A DNA stretch of 64,000 bases, from the NCBI GenBank assembly GCA_964016885.1, contig OZ024746.1, positions 1,364,001 through 1,428,000 on the forward strand. Direction: 5' to 3'. A program made the translations under genes and the position numbers. Below, one piece after another: positions 52,650 to 64,000 of the stretch. The first letter of the stretch is position 1. Every line of letters starts with the position of its first letter. The notes below the pieces were generated by a model. It did not search any database and was not told the DNA's origin. It saw nothing but the letters and a program-made list of their open reading frames with translations. The DNA comes from Eledone cirrhosa. Its lineage: Eukaryota.

Positions 52650-53284
52650 CTGAAATAAAATTAAATGATAATAATAATTGTTTCTACTTTTGGCACAAGG
52701 CCAGCAATTATCCCAGTACATTACTGGTACTTTATTTTATTGACCCCGTAAGGATGAAAGGCAGGATTTGAACTCAGATTGTAAAGGGACATAACTCTTT
52801 GCTGAAAAGCATGGTGTCCGACCCTCTACCGATACTGAAATAATAATGGTTTCTGAAACAAGGCTAACAATTGTTTGGGGAGGGGGGTGGGGTCGATTAA
52901 ATCAAGGATGAAAGGCAAAGTTAACCTCGGCGGGATTTGAACTCAGAATGGCAAGGGCCGTAACACTATGCGTCAAAGCATGGCATCCGACCCTCTACCG
53001 ATACTGCCAATCCACCAATAATGAGACATAATGAGATGGGGTGACAGGTCCATCTAAGAGGTCAGTAGCTCCAAGTAACTACTGAATTGGTCTGTGACAT
53101 CCTGTCCAACTCAGCAGGGAAACTGCTGCTGATCATGGCATAAGGTCAAGAATTTGACGGAGAAAGGACTGCACTATGTTACAGTGGAAATACTTGCAGC
53201 TGGGCAGCATTTGTGAAACCAATCCCCTGAAGGAACTCAATTGAAATGAACTTACACTGTGAATTGCTTTGATGGAGACAGCTC

Positions 53285-54218
53285 AACCCACCCCAGCTAA
53301 ACACCACCACTACCCACCCCAGGTCAACACCACCCCAGGTTAACACCACCACAACCCACCCTATCTAAACACCACCACAACCCACCCCAGGTCAACACCA
53401 CCCCAGGTTAACACCACCACAACCCACCCCAGCTAAACACCACCATAACCCACCCCAGGTCAACACCACCCCAGGTTAACACCACCACAACCCACCCCAG
53501 CTAAACACCACCATAACCCACCCTAGGTCAACACCACCCCAGGTTAACACCACCACAACCCACCCCAGGTTAACACCACCACAACCCACCCCAGGTCAAC
53601 ACCACCCCAGGTTAACACCACCCCAGGTTAACACCACCACAACCCACCCCAGGTTAACACCACCACAACCCACCCCAGGTTAACACCACCACAACCCACC
53701 CCAGGTCAACACCACCCCAGGTCAACACCACCCCAGGTTAACACCACCCCAGGGTAAACACCACCACAACCCACCCCAGGTAAACACCACCCCAGGGTAA
53801 ACACCACCACAACCCATCCCAGGTTAACACCACCCCAGGTAAACACCACCCCAGGGTAAACACCACCACAACCCACAGCAGATAAACACCACCCCAGGGT
53901 AAACACCACCACAACCCATCCCAGGTTAACACCACCCCAGGTAAACACTACCCCAGGGTAAACACCACCACAACCCACCCCAGGTAAACACCACCCCAGG
54001 GTAAACACCACCACAACCCACCCCAGGTAAACACCACCCCAGGTTAACACCACCACAACCCACCCACCCCAGGTTAACACCACAACCCACCCCAGGTCAA
54101 CGCCACAACCCGCCTTGGGTAAATACCACCACCACAACCCACCCACCCCAGGTAAACACCACTACAACCACCCTGGGTTAACACCACCACAACCCACCCC
54201 TGGGTAAACACCACCACA
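53285..54218. repeat. C-rich degenerate minisatellite
   Basis: Units caccccaggttaacaccaccacaacc. Confidence 0.9.
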
Positions 54219-54648
54219 ATTACAAGCAAATAGCAGAGAGGTTAGCCAATCATATTAACCAGAGTATTTGACTATTAATTATTTTATCAACCACAGAAGG
54301 TCTATCCTGTTTTCTCTTTCTTTACGACACCCAGTAAAGAGCTAGCATCAAACAACGTACCCAAGTCATTTCCAGGGTGGATTTTAAAATGAAACAATAA
54401 CATCTGAAATATATAACAAATACCACATATACTCGAATATAAGACCCCCAACACACATTTTATGTTTGAGAAATGGGCAAAACTCCAAACCCTATTTATA
54501 AACCAGCTAATCAACACATTGTTTAGATGGTGTATATAAGCCAACTTCCCCCATTTTACCATCACTATTTTGGTCACATATTCCTCAACTTATATTCCAG
54601 TATATCCAGGTAAGTAATGAATATTTTCTGTTTTACTGGTTTTAGTCA

Positions 54649-54877
54649 TTAACCCTTTAGCATTTAAACCGGTCGTATCAGGCCAGAATTCTCTCACCTC
54701 TTTCTGTTCAAACCGGTCATAACTGGCCACTCATACTGCTGTTAAGATATGGTTCTCAAAATAAATAATATCAAAATCTCATAGATTCGATAATATGTAA
54801 GATAAGTATGCAAGGTAAAGCCTTTACTATGAAAATATAATAGTAAATATAGAGTAATGTAAATGCTAAAGCGTTAA
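54649..54877 (-). mobile_element. intact ~229-bp TTAA MITE (TIR CCCTTTAGCATTTA)
   Basis: TTAA at both ends; TIRs ccctttagcattta / taaatgctaaagcg; empty site at 41529-41532. Confidence 0.85.
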
Positions 54878-54965
54878 GGCAGTAAATTGCTACAGTTTCC
54901 ATTCCATCTACCAAATTTCATTCACGGAGAATTGTTCTACCTGAGGCTATGACAGAAGACATTTT

Positions 54966-57057
54966 AAAGGTGAGCTTGCCCTCACAAGTGTTGAGAAGAA
55001 AGATGCGTGGAAGAGTCATTATGATAGATTACTAAATGAGGAGAATGCATGGGAAGAAGAGACCCTACCCCAAGTAGACCCTATAGAGGGGCCAGCAGTA
55101 CAAGTCAGCAGCAGCGTAGCAAGTAAGGCAATCAAAGATATGAAGACAGGGAAGGCAACCGGTCCATCGGGTATAGCTGCCGAGATGCTGAAGGCATCTG
55201 GGTCAGCATGTCACACCATAACAACACGTATTGTTAACCAGGTAATACTAGGTGTCATACCAAAGGATTGGTGCAGTAGCATCATTGTCAACTGCTACAA
55301 AGGTAAAGGTGATGCACTAGATAGAGGAAACTATAGAGGTATAAAGCTGATGGACCAGGTCATGAAAGTAACAGAAAGAGTTATAGCACAGTTGATTAGG
55401 GACCGGGTGAAACTAGATGAGATGCAATTTGGGTTTGTGCCAGGAAGAGGCACCACTGATGCCCTTTTCCTTGTGAGGCAGTTACAGGAAAAGTACCTAG
55501 CTAAAAGTAAGCCACTCTACCTGGCATTTGTTGATCTCGAGAAAGCCTTTGACAGAGTTCCCCGTGCTATAATCTGGTGGGCTCTTAGAAAATTAGAAGT
55601 AGATGAATGGCTTGTGAAAGCTGTACAAGCCATGTATAGGGGAGCAGTCAGCAAAGTTAGGATTAGCAATGAGTATAGCAAGGAATTTAGCATACAGGTC
55701 GGTGTCCACCAGGGCTCTGTTCTTAGCCCTCTCCTGTTCATCATAGTCCTGCAGGCAATAACGGAGGAGTTTAAGACCGGATGCCCATGGGAACTCCTGT
55801 ATGCAGATGACCTCGCACTTATAGCTGAATCTATGGTAGAACTAGAGAAGAATTTCCTAACGTGGAAGCAGGGACTAGAAAGAAAGGGTCTCAAAGTCAA
55901 CCTGACAAAGACTAAGGTCCTCGTAAGTATACGAAAAACAGAACCCAGATCCCCTCAGGGAAATGGCATTGCTCAGTATGTAGGAAAGGTGTATGTAGGA
56001 ACTCCATTCTCTGCCCCAAATGCAAACAATGGGTACACAAGAGATGTAGCGGGATCTCAGGAAGCTTAACTAAGGATGTAGGCTTCACATGTAGCAGCTG
56101 TGCTGGGACAGCAAGCAGCAAACAGCCACAGGAAACAAGTACCACCAAACTCTGGGAGGGCTCTGTAGAAACAGTAGACAGCTTCTGCTACCTAGGTGAC
56201 TGAATTAGCAGCGGAGGTGCGTGTTCGGAAAGTACAATAACTAGGGTAAGAACGGGATGGAAGAAGTTCAGGGAGCTACTGCCACTGCTAGCTGCAAAAG
56301 GCTTTTCCCTCAAAATGAAAGGCAGACTGTATGATGCGTGTATACGAACAGCAATGTTACATGGTAGTAAGACCTGGGCGCTGACTGTGGAAGACTTGCG
56401 TAGATTAGAAAGAAACGAAGCTTGCTTGCTCCGATGGATGTGTAATAGTAATATACGCAAACGGCAAAGCATAAGAGGAATCAAATGCTGTGTGCAGGAG
56501 AGGAGGTTGCGTTGGTATGGACATGTGATGCGTTTAAAAGATGACAGCTGCATAAAAAGGTGCAGAGCACTAGAAGTCGATTGAAACCGCGGAGTGGGGA
56601 GACCCAAGAAGACCTGGGATGAGGTGATAAAAGCCGACCTTACCCAATTACACCTCTCAAACGCGATGATACACGACCGTGACCTCTGGTGACACGTAGT
56701 AATACAGAAGACCCGCCCCCCCCCCCCCACGGGTACATGCCGAAGCTGAAGCATATAGACAATATGCCCCCACACCTCCCACTGCAAGGTGGTCGTGGAG
56801 GTGCCACGGCAAAAAAGCACCCAGCCCACACTGTAAAGTGGACGTGTAGGCGCCACGGAAAAAAGCACCCAGCACTCACTGTAAATGTGGTTGGTGTTAG
56901 GAAGGGCATCCAGCTGTAGAAATCAAGCCAGAATCAGTTCCAGTATGAGCAAGACAAGGTCAGCTGACCAGACACTGCCCACAACAGGACAACCCGTCTA
57001 ACCCATGCTAGCGTGGAAGAACGGACGTATAACGGTGATGATGATGATGATGATGAC
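54966..57057 (+). mobile_element. 5'-truncated RTE-clade LINE in an HPS4 intron (antisense to HPS4)
   Basis: GKATGPSG, NYRGIKL, QFGFVPGRGT, FVDLEKAFDRV, GVHQGSVLSP, LLYADD, RLRWYGHVMR; (GAT)n tail. Confidence 0.92.
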
Positions 57058-57210
57058 TGTGAAGTTTGAACAAACCACATGGTTGTGAAGCAAACTTCTC
57101 AACAACATGACCATGTCTGAAACCATTAGTCAGCCCAACCCCATCAGTTATGTTAGTCAACACTCTACTATATATTTCTAGTTCTACAAAGATATAAGAA
57201 AGTTAACTAC

Positions 57211-57463
57211 CAGAGTCTGAATCATCTCCATGTTGCAGACGGAAGGTTCCATCAGTAACAGAGATGAACTCTCGGAGTTGTTTTGTACATAAAGAATTAA
57301 ATCACACTCATCTCCAATACATGTAGAACATTCTGGTAGACTTGGCTTAGGAACAAATGCCGGCTTCACACTATTCTTTCCACTTTCTTTTGACAGAATC
57401 GACAACATTGAGCCATACATAGTACTTTCATCATTTAGTGAACCACTCTCTACAATTGGGAGT
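57211..57463 (-). CDS. HPS4: HPS4-like exon (LPIVESG...LILYVQNNSESSSLLLMEP...IQTL)
   Basis: ttttatttcag acceptor, phase 2/0; start of a region resembling the third longin domain. Confidence 0.75.
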
Positions 57464-57518
57464 CTGAAATAAAACAGAACAAAAGAAAAGAGAAAATATT
57501 TCAGATTGGATTTTATTG

Positions 57519-57689
57519 TTAACATCCTGTACCACATGAAACCACATTAACTCTTAACATCCTGTACCACATGAAACCACATTAACTTTTAACATCCTGT
57601 ACCACATGAAACCACATTAACTTTTAACATCCTGTACCACATGAAACCACATTAACTCTTAACATCCTGTACCACATGAAACCACATTA
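57519..57689. repeat. 35-bp minisatellite, about 5 copies
   Basis: Unit aacatcctgtaccacatgaaaccacattaactctt. Confidence 0.9.
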
Positions 57690-58248
57690 GTAAGACATTC
57701 TTGAAAAGCACAAAACTGCACTATGACTGCATATTAAAGTCTTTAGTTTACAACAAATATTCACATCAATCTGTCCACTAGTAAAGATATATACAGTGAA
57801 ACATTGGTTCATGAACTTCATTCCTGAGACTGTGTGAAAGACAGATAGATATCACCATAGTAACTAATTACATATATCAAGTGATACTTTCCCACCAATA
57901 CTTCCAGCTTGTTGCCAACCATTGTGGCTGGCATGTTCATTATTTGAGACACCGTTCATTACTTGAGACACCGTTCATTACTTGAGACACCATTCATTAC
58001 TTGAGACACCATTCATTACTTGAGACACCATTCATTACTTGAGACACCATTCATTACTTGAGACGTTTTATGTTGAGAAAAATTGTTGATGAACCAATTT
58101 GTTTGTGATAAAAAGTGTTTATGAACCGAGGTTATTCAAACTGCTCACAGAATACATTAAAATACATTTTTTAAATATGTAATATTCACTATTTGATAAG
58201 ATTGTTATACCAATGGAAACCAGTTATATTTAATGGAACAATTATAAA

Positions 58249-58285
<37 letters not shown>

Positions 58286-58536
58286 TATTTCCGTAGGAAG
58301 GGTAAAGGAAAGGAGAGTGGTCTATGTAAGCTACAGAGCTATTTAGTTATGCAGTAAACAACATAAGACAATTATTCCATTTACCAAAGGTTTCATGAAG
58401 ACAGATGAGCTCAACACAGACGTCTGAAATCGCTCATCAAAATAAAAATTAAAATTGTGATTTCAAACGTCTGTGTTGAGCTCATCTGTCTTCATGAAAC
58501 CTTTGGTAAATGGAATAATTGTCTTATGTTGTTTAT

Positions 58537-58582
<46 letters not shown>

Positions 58583-58724
58583 AAATCGAGAATTTAGATC
58601 AATGTGCATAAAAAAAGGATGATAATGTTGACATATATCACAATATCAGGCTTGTATAAATATGATAAATATATTTTTTTTTTTTCCAGTATGAAAACAA
58701 ATGGGTGTAAAATTATGCTGATGG

Positions 58725-58756
<32 letters not shown>

Positions 58757-58759
58757 CAC

Positions 58760-59128
58760 ACATGACCGAGACCTCTGGCGTCACAGTAATACAGAAGACC
58801 CGACTTCCCTCGGGTACAAGCCGAAGCTGAAGCATATAGACAATATGCCCCTCCCCCTCCCACTGCAAAGTGGTCGTGGAGATGTCACGACAAAAAAGCC
58901 CCCAGCTGACACTGTAAAGTGGACGTGTAAGCGCCACGGCAAAAAAAGCACCCAGCACTCACTGTAAATGAGGTTGGTGTTAGGAAGGGCATCCAGTTGT
59001 AGAAATGTAGCCAGAATCAGTTCCCGTATGAGCACGACATGGTCAGCCGACCAGACACTGCCCACAACAGGACAACCCGTCTGACCCATGCTAGCATGGA
59101 AGAACAGACGTAAAACGATGATGATGAT
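58760..59128 (+). mobile_element. 3'-end copy of the RTE LINE
   Basis: Similar to 56670-57057 with (GAT)n tail; shorter copies at about 51260-51456 (+) and 59735-59900 (-). Confidence 0.8.
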
Positions 59129-59164
59129 ATATACAAATAATGGAAAATGGCAATAAAATCTGAT

Positions 59165-59217
<53 letters not shown>

Positions 59218-60119
59218 TATTTACACATACACCAATTAAACAAAGTCACAGGTATATATGTGGTTTTTGCAACTTTTCACGATGTGGCTCAATGGAGAAT
59301 TAATAAATTAATCAGAGTGAAATATTATAGAGTAAAGCATGTCCAGAGAATTATTTGATAATATATATACATCATCTCTCAATCAGCATAATTAACCACA
59401 CAAAAATTTAATCCTGGTATGTATATAAGCATTTCTAACATTAATTTTTACCTAATTATGTATGGTTGACTGTGTATTTAATTAATTTCCATGTGCTGTC
59501 GAAATGTTGGGTAAATATTCTATAGCGGTTGGATGCGAAGACACCGCTGTGGCGTATTTATTTACTGTTTCTTCATAGATGCCTTTTATTCTTATAGCCT
59601 GGTCTAATTGATTTTTTGTGTGGTTAATTATGCTGATTGGGAGTAGAGATGATGTATATATATTATCAAATAATTCTCTGGACATGCTTTACTCTATAGT
59701 ATATATATATATATATATATAGATATATATATATATCATCATCATCATCATTTTACGTCCGCTTTTCCCTGCTTGCAAGGCTGGGATGGGAACTGATTCT
59801 GGCTTAATTTCTACAGCTGGATGCCCTTCCTAACACCAACCTCATTTACAGTGAGTGCTGGGTGCTTTTTTCCGTGGCGCCTACACGACCACTTTGCAGT
59901 GGAATGATAGGGACCCCAGTCCCTATCATCTCATTTCTACAGCTGAGTAAACTGGAGCAATGTGAAATAAAGTGTCTTGATCAAGGAAACAACACATCAC
60001 CCGGTCTGAGAATTGAACTCACAACCTTTCGATTGCAAGCCCAAGGCTCTAACCACTAAGCCATGTGCCTCCAATGTATATATATATATAATGGAAAATA
60101 GCAATAAAATCTGATGGTG

Positions 60120-60183
<64 letters not shown>

Positions 60184-60222
60184 GGAAAATGGCAACAAAA
60201 TCTATAGAAAAGTCTATTTTAC

Positions 60223-60529
60223 TTTGTTCTATCTTTTATCTCCTCAGCAGAAGAATCCGAAGTAGAATTCCCTTTATTTGCAGATCTTCTTGTTATAACT
60301 TCCTCTCTTTGGCTGATATTAGCTGCTCGATTCTTGAATTGGATTACAAGCTTTTCATTAGTGTCTTCTTTGGGGCTCACAGATTTTGGAGATTTTTTCT
60401 TCTGAGAATCAGACTTTCCATCCAAAGGAACATCATCCTCTTCATATTTGCTGTTCACTCGTACATTAATAACAGGCCATGTTTCTCCAACGTCCAGACT
60501 AATACTGGCCGTTCGCAAATGTTGAAGGT
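60223..60529 (-). CDS. HPS4: HPS4-like exon, linker (DLQHLRTASISLDVGETWP...EEIKDRTK)
   Basis: ttatttatcag acceptor, gtaaaa donor, phase 1/2; matches ORF 60219-60518. Confidence 0.7.
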
Positions 60530-60605
60530 CTGATAAATAACAACAACAGTTCTTATCTTACTTACAACAAGTACTTAAATGACATTTATCCCAGCTAAAG
60601 CAGGA

Positions 60606-61378
60606 GTTACTGTGAAGTTAGGTAGGGGGTACTGAGGGCCAGTGTTGTGGGGAGGAAGGACTGGGTGTAGTGGTTACTGTGAAGTTAGGTAGGAGGGTAC
60701 TGAGGGCCAGTGTTGTGGGGAGGAAGGACTGGGTGTAGTGGTTACTGTGAAGTTAGGTAGGAGGGTACTGAGGGCCAGTGTTGTGGGGAGGAAGGACTGG
60801 GTGTAGTGGTTACTGTGAAGTTAGGTAGGAGGGTACTGAGGGCCAGTGTTGTGGGGAGGAAGGACTGGGTGTAGTGGTTACTGTGAAGTTAGGTAGGAGG
60901 GTACTGAGGGCCAGTGTTGTGGGGAGGAAGGACTGGGTGTAGTGGTTACTGTGAAGTTAGGTAGGAGGGTACTGAGGGCCAGTGTTGTGGGGAGGAAGGA
61001 CTGGGTGTAGTGGTTACTGTGAAGTTAGGTAGGAGGGTACTGAGAGCCAGTGTTGTGGGGAGGAAGGACTGGGTCCAGTGGTTACTGTGAAGTTAGGTAG
61101 GGGGTACTGAGGGCCAGTGTTGTGGGGAGGAAGGACTGGGTGTAGTGGTTACTGTGAAGTTAGGTAGGAGGGTACTGAGAGCCAGTGTTGTGGGGAGGAA
61201 GGACTGGGTCCAGTGGTTACTGTGAAGTTAGGTAGGGGGTACTGAGGGCCAGTGTTGTGGGGAGGAAGGACTGGGTGTAGTGGTTACTGTGAAGTTAGGT
61301 AGGAGGGTACTGAGAGCCAGTGTTGTGGGGAGGAAGGACTGGGTCCAGTGGTTACTGTGAAGTCAGGTAGGAGGGTAA
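60606..61378. repeat. 68-bp minisatellite, about 11 copies
   Basis: Unit gttactgtgaagttaggtaggagggtactgagggccagtgttgtggggaggaaggactgggtgtagtg. Confidence 0.95.
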
Positions 61379-61465
61379 TGAGTGAAGGAGAGACAAGGTA
61401 GTCATGCGTGCCTGAACAGAGGCAAAAGGCCAACATTTTAAAAATAGAGTTTATTACTATTTATT

Positions 61466-61698
61466 TAACTCTTTCATGACAACATTTCTAATTAAATACA
61501 CTGTTTCAATTAATTAATGAAGAATTTTGAGGGACTTACTAAAATTATTATTTCATTACTCAGATAGAAACTTAATGTAAGGTTCTTATATAAAATTATG
61601 TTGGTAGGTTTTAATTTAAATTGGAAACCTTTAAAATGAGTGATTTTATTTCATAGAACCAGAGTTGGGTTTGGCTGGGTTGGTAACTAAAGGGTTAA
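61466..61698. mobile_element. another TTAA-ended MITE
   Basis: ttaactcttt... and ...aaagggttaa termini. Confidence 0.45.
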
Positions 61699-61742
61699 TG
61701 TCTTATTAGGGGGATAAAGAAGGAAAAGAATTGTGAAGATAC

Positions 61743-62144
61743 CTTTGGGTGAAGTCCTTGTGTGTATATTATCTACATCAAGAGCAGAATCTGATATAAG
61801 AGTGAAATAAGCAGCTCGGGCCTTTGTCTGTTCAGCAAGTGCCTTAGCAGCAGAGTCCTTACCATCAGATTCTATACTGTCATCTTTTACCAAAAGATCA
61901 TCATCAGTTTCACTTTCTGATGTTTTTATTTCTAAACTCTTTGATTCTCTCACAGATGAAGAATGTTCCACTGGTTTTGATGTTGAATTTATCTCTGTGC
62001 TGGGAGTTGATGCAGCAGATTTAGCTGAAAACCTTGAGTTGTTGCATTGTTGAGAGTTAGGAAGTAGCGTTGTTTCATATAGTTCAGTATAGACATCAGA
62101 AGATACATAGAGCTTTGTTAAACTTCCTCCTTCAGGAACAGAAC
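61743..62144 (-). CDS. HPS4: HPS4-like exon, Ser/Glu-rich linker (GSVPEGGSLTKLYV...HTRTSPK)
   Basis: cag acceptor at 62147-62145; open 402 nt including ORF 61687-61971; gtatct donor; phase 1/1. Confidence 0.7.
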
Positions 62145-62604
62145 CTGATTAAAAGAACAAAGTCAAAATATTTTAAATCTTTCATTTCTATATTTATAAT
62201 GATAATAAAAATAATAAATACTACCTATGATTTTCAAATAATTTCACAAATAATGGTTTCTGATTTAAGCACAAGGTCCACAATTTTGAGTGAGGAAAAG
62301 GTTGATTAAATTGACCCCAGTGCATTACTGGTACTTTATTTTTTACACTCCGTAAGGACGAAAGGCAAAGTTAACCTCAGTGGGATTTCAATTCAAAAGG
62401 TAAAGGGATGTAACTTCACAAATAATCAAGAAGTAAAATTTTTAATCACACTAATCCATCACAGGGTTAAATTCCCAGTTATTGCTGGTACTCGTTTTCA
62501 ACTGAGTACACTGGAGCAATGTGAAATAAAGTGTCTTGCTCAAGAAGATAACACACACCCAATCCCAGGAATTAAACCAACATTGATAGGATTGTAAGTC
62601 CAAT

Positions 62605-62780
62605 ACCTTCACCACTAGGCCATACACCTTCACCACTAGGCCATACACCTTCACCACTAGGCCATACACCTTCACCACTAGGCCATACACCTTCACCACT
62701 AGGCCATACACCTTCACCACTAGGCCATACACCTTCACCACTAGGCCATACACCTTCACCACTAGGCCATACACCTTCAC
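62605..62780. repeat. 21-bp minisatellite from a SINE A-box head, about 8 copies
   Basis: Unit accttcaccactaggccatac. Confidence 0.9.
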
Positions 62781-62999
62781 AGCTGTTATTATATTACTTC
62801 ATAATTCTGTAATTTTTAACCAACTAATTATTAAGTAAACTTCATAACCTACAAGTAACTACACTTAATGATGACATAATATTTATGTGGTGTGTTAAGT
62901 AGAAGTCAACCCTAGGGAGTCCCTCTTAAAGCAATATCTATGGTATATTTAAACACAACACTTGAACAACAAAAGAGTATCAGTAAAATATATACCAAC

Positions 63000-63024
63000 C
63001 TATGTCAACTGATTCACTTTCAAG
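63000..63024 (-). CDS. HPS4: HPS4-like 25-nt microexon (LESESVDI+G)
   Basis: ttttatttatttttcag acceptor and gttggt donor; ends in phase 1, which opens the next exon. Confidence 0.6.
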
Positions 63025-63126
63025 CTGAAAAATAAATAAAACAAAATATAAAAATGAGAAAACTCATCGCTGGAACAGCTGTTAAAACAGCTAATTGCTG
63101 TCAATGACAATAATGGGCAAATATGC

Positions 63127-63597
63127 CTGAGGACAGTGACCAGTGGTCAGAGACCAGAGGACAGAGACCAGAGGACAGTGACCAGTGGTCAGAGACCAGA
63201 GGACAGAGACCAATGGTCAGAGACCAGAGGACAGAGACCAATGGTCAGAGACCAGAGGACGGAGACCAGAGGACGGAGACCAGAGGACGGAGACCAGAGG
63301 ACGGAGACCAGAGGACGGAGACCAGAGGACGGAGACCAGATGACAGAGACCAGAGGACGGAGACCAGATGACAGAGACCAGAGGACGGAGACCAGATGAC
63401 AGAGACCAGAGGACGGAGACCAGAGGACAGAGACCAGATGACAGAGACCAGATGACAGAGACCAGAGGACAGAGACCAGAGGACAGAGACCAGAGGACAG
63501 AGACCAGATGACAGAGACCAGAGGACAGAGACCAGAGGACAGAGACCAGAGGACAGAGACCAGCAGTCAGAGACCAGAGGACAGAGACCAGCAGAGA
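63127..63597. repeat. 14-bp minisatellite
   Basis: Unit gagaccagaggac(a/g). Confidence 0.9.
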
Positions 63598-63844
63598 AAC
63601 AATCCATGAAGTGGGTGATACACCAACACACTTCTCCTTGTCCACCTCCTCTTTCAATCTTTTCTATATTTTATCAGTCTGTCACCATTAGCTGGACATC
63701 TAGCTGATCAAACAACTGAGTGCTGGTCATCAAAACTAATGGCGCATATATCATCATCATCATTATTTAATGAATGTTCTCAATGCTAGCAAGGATCAGT
63801 TTGTGACAGACCAAGTGTTAATTGAAACAACTCTTCCTACACTC

Positions 63845-64000
63845 TACACTAGAGAGGTCATCAGTAACTACACTAGAGAGGTCATCAGTAACTACACTAG
63901 AGAGGTCATCAGTAACTACACTAGAGAGGTCATCAGTAACTACACTAGAGAGGTCATCAGTAACTACACTAGAGAGGTCATCAGTAACTACACTAGAGAG
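63845..64000. repeat. 24-bp minisatellite running off the window
   Basis: Unit tacactagagaggtcatcagtaac. Confidence 0.9.

Overview
Eukaryotic, AT-rich, repeat-saturated genomic DNA. The SINE, microsatellite and LINE content suggests an octopus or another coleoid cephalopod (inference, not verified). Two convergent spliced genes can be reconstructed with consistent GT-AG phases. One is a complete 3-exon CHAC1-like glutathione-specific gamma-glutamylcyclotransferase (+, 3448-15012, 219 aa). The other is the 3' eight coding exons of an HPS4-like BLOC-3 subunit (-, 63024-45102). The rest of the window is a near full-length but mutated Tx1/L1-clade LINE, R4/Dong-like RLE retroelements in a (CATA)n tract, an RTE LINE, SINEs, MITEs, a small Helitron and many mini/microsatellites. 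Most long ORFs in the track are repeat artefacts. The most notable unannotated signals: (i) four complete minimal type-I hammerhead ribozyme motifs with covarying stems in short (TA)n-associated elements around CHAC, one in sense inside intron 1; (ii) two perfect ATF4-type TGATGCAAT elements upstream of CHAC; (iii) a LINE nested in a tandem repeat inside a TTAA MITE, plus a local inverted duplication preserving the empty site of a second copy of that MITE; (iv) three satellites grown from SINE A-box heads.
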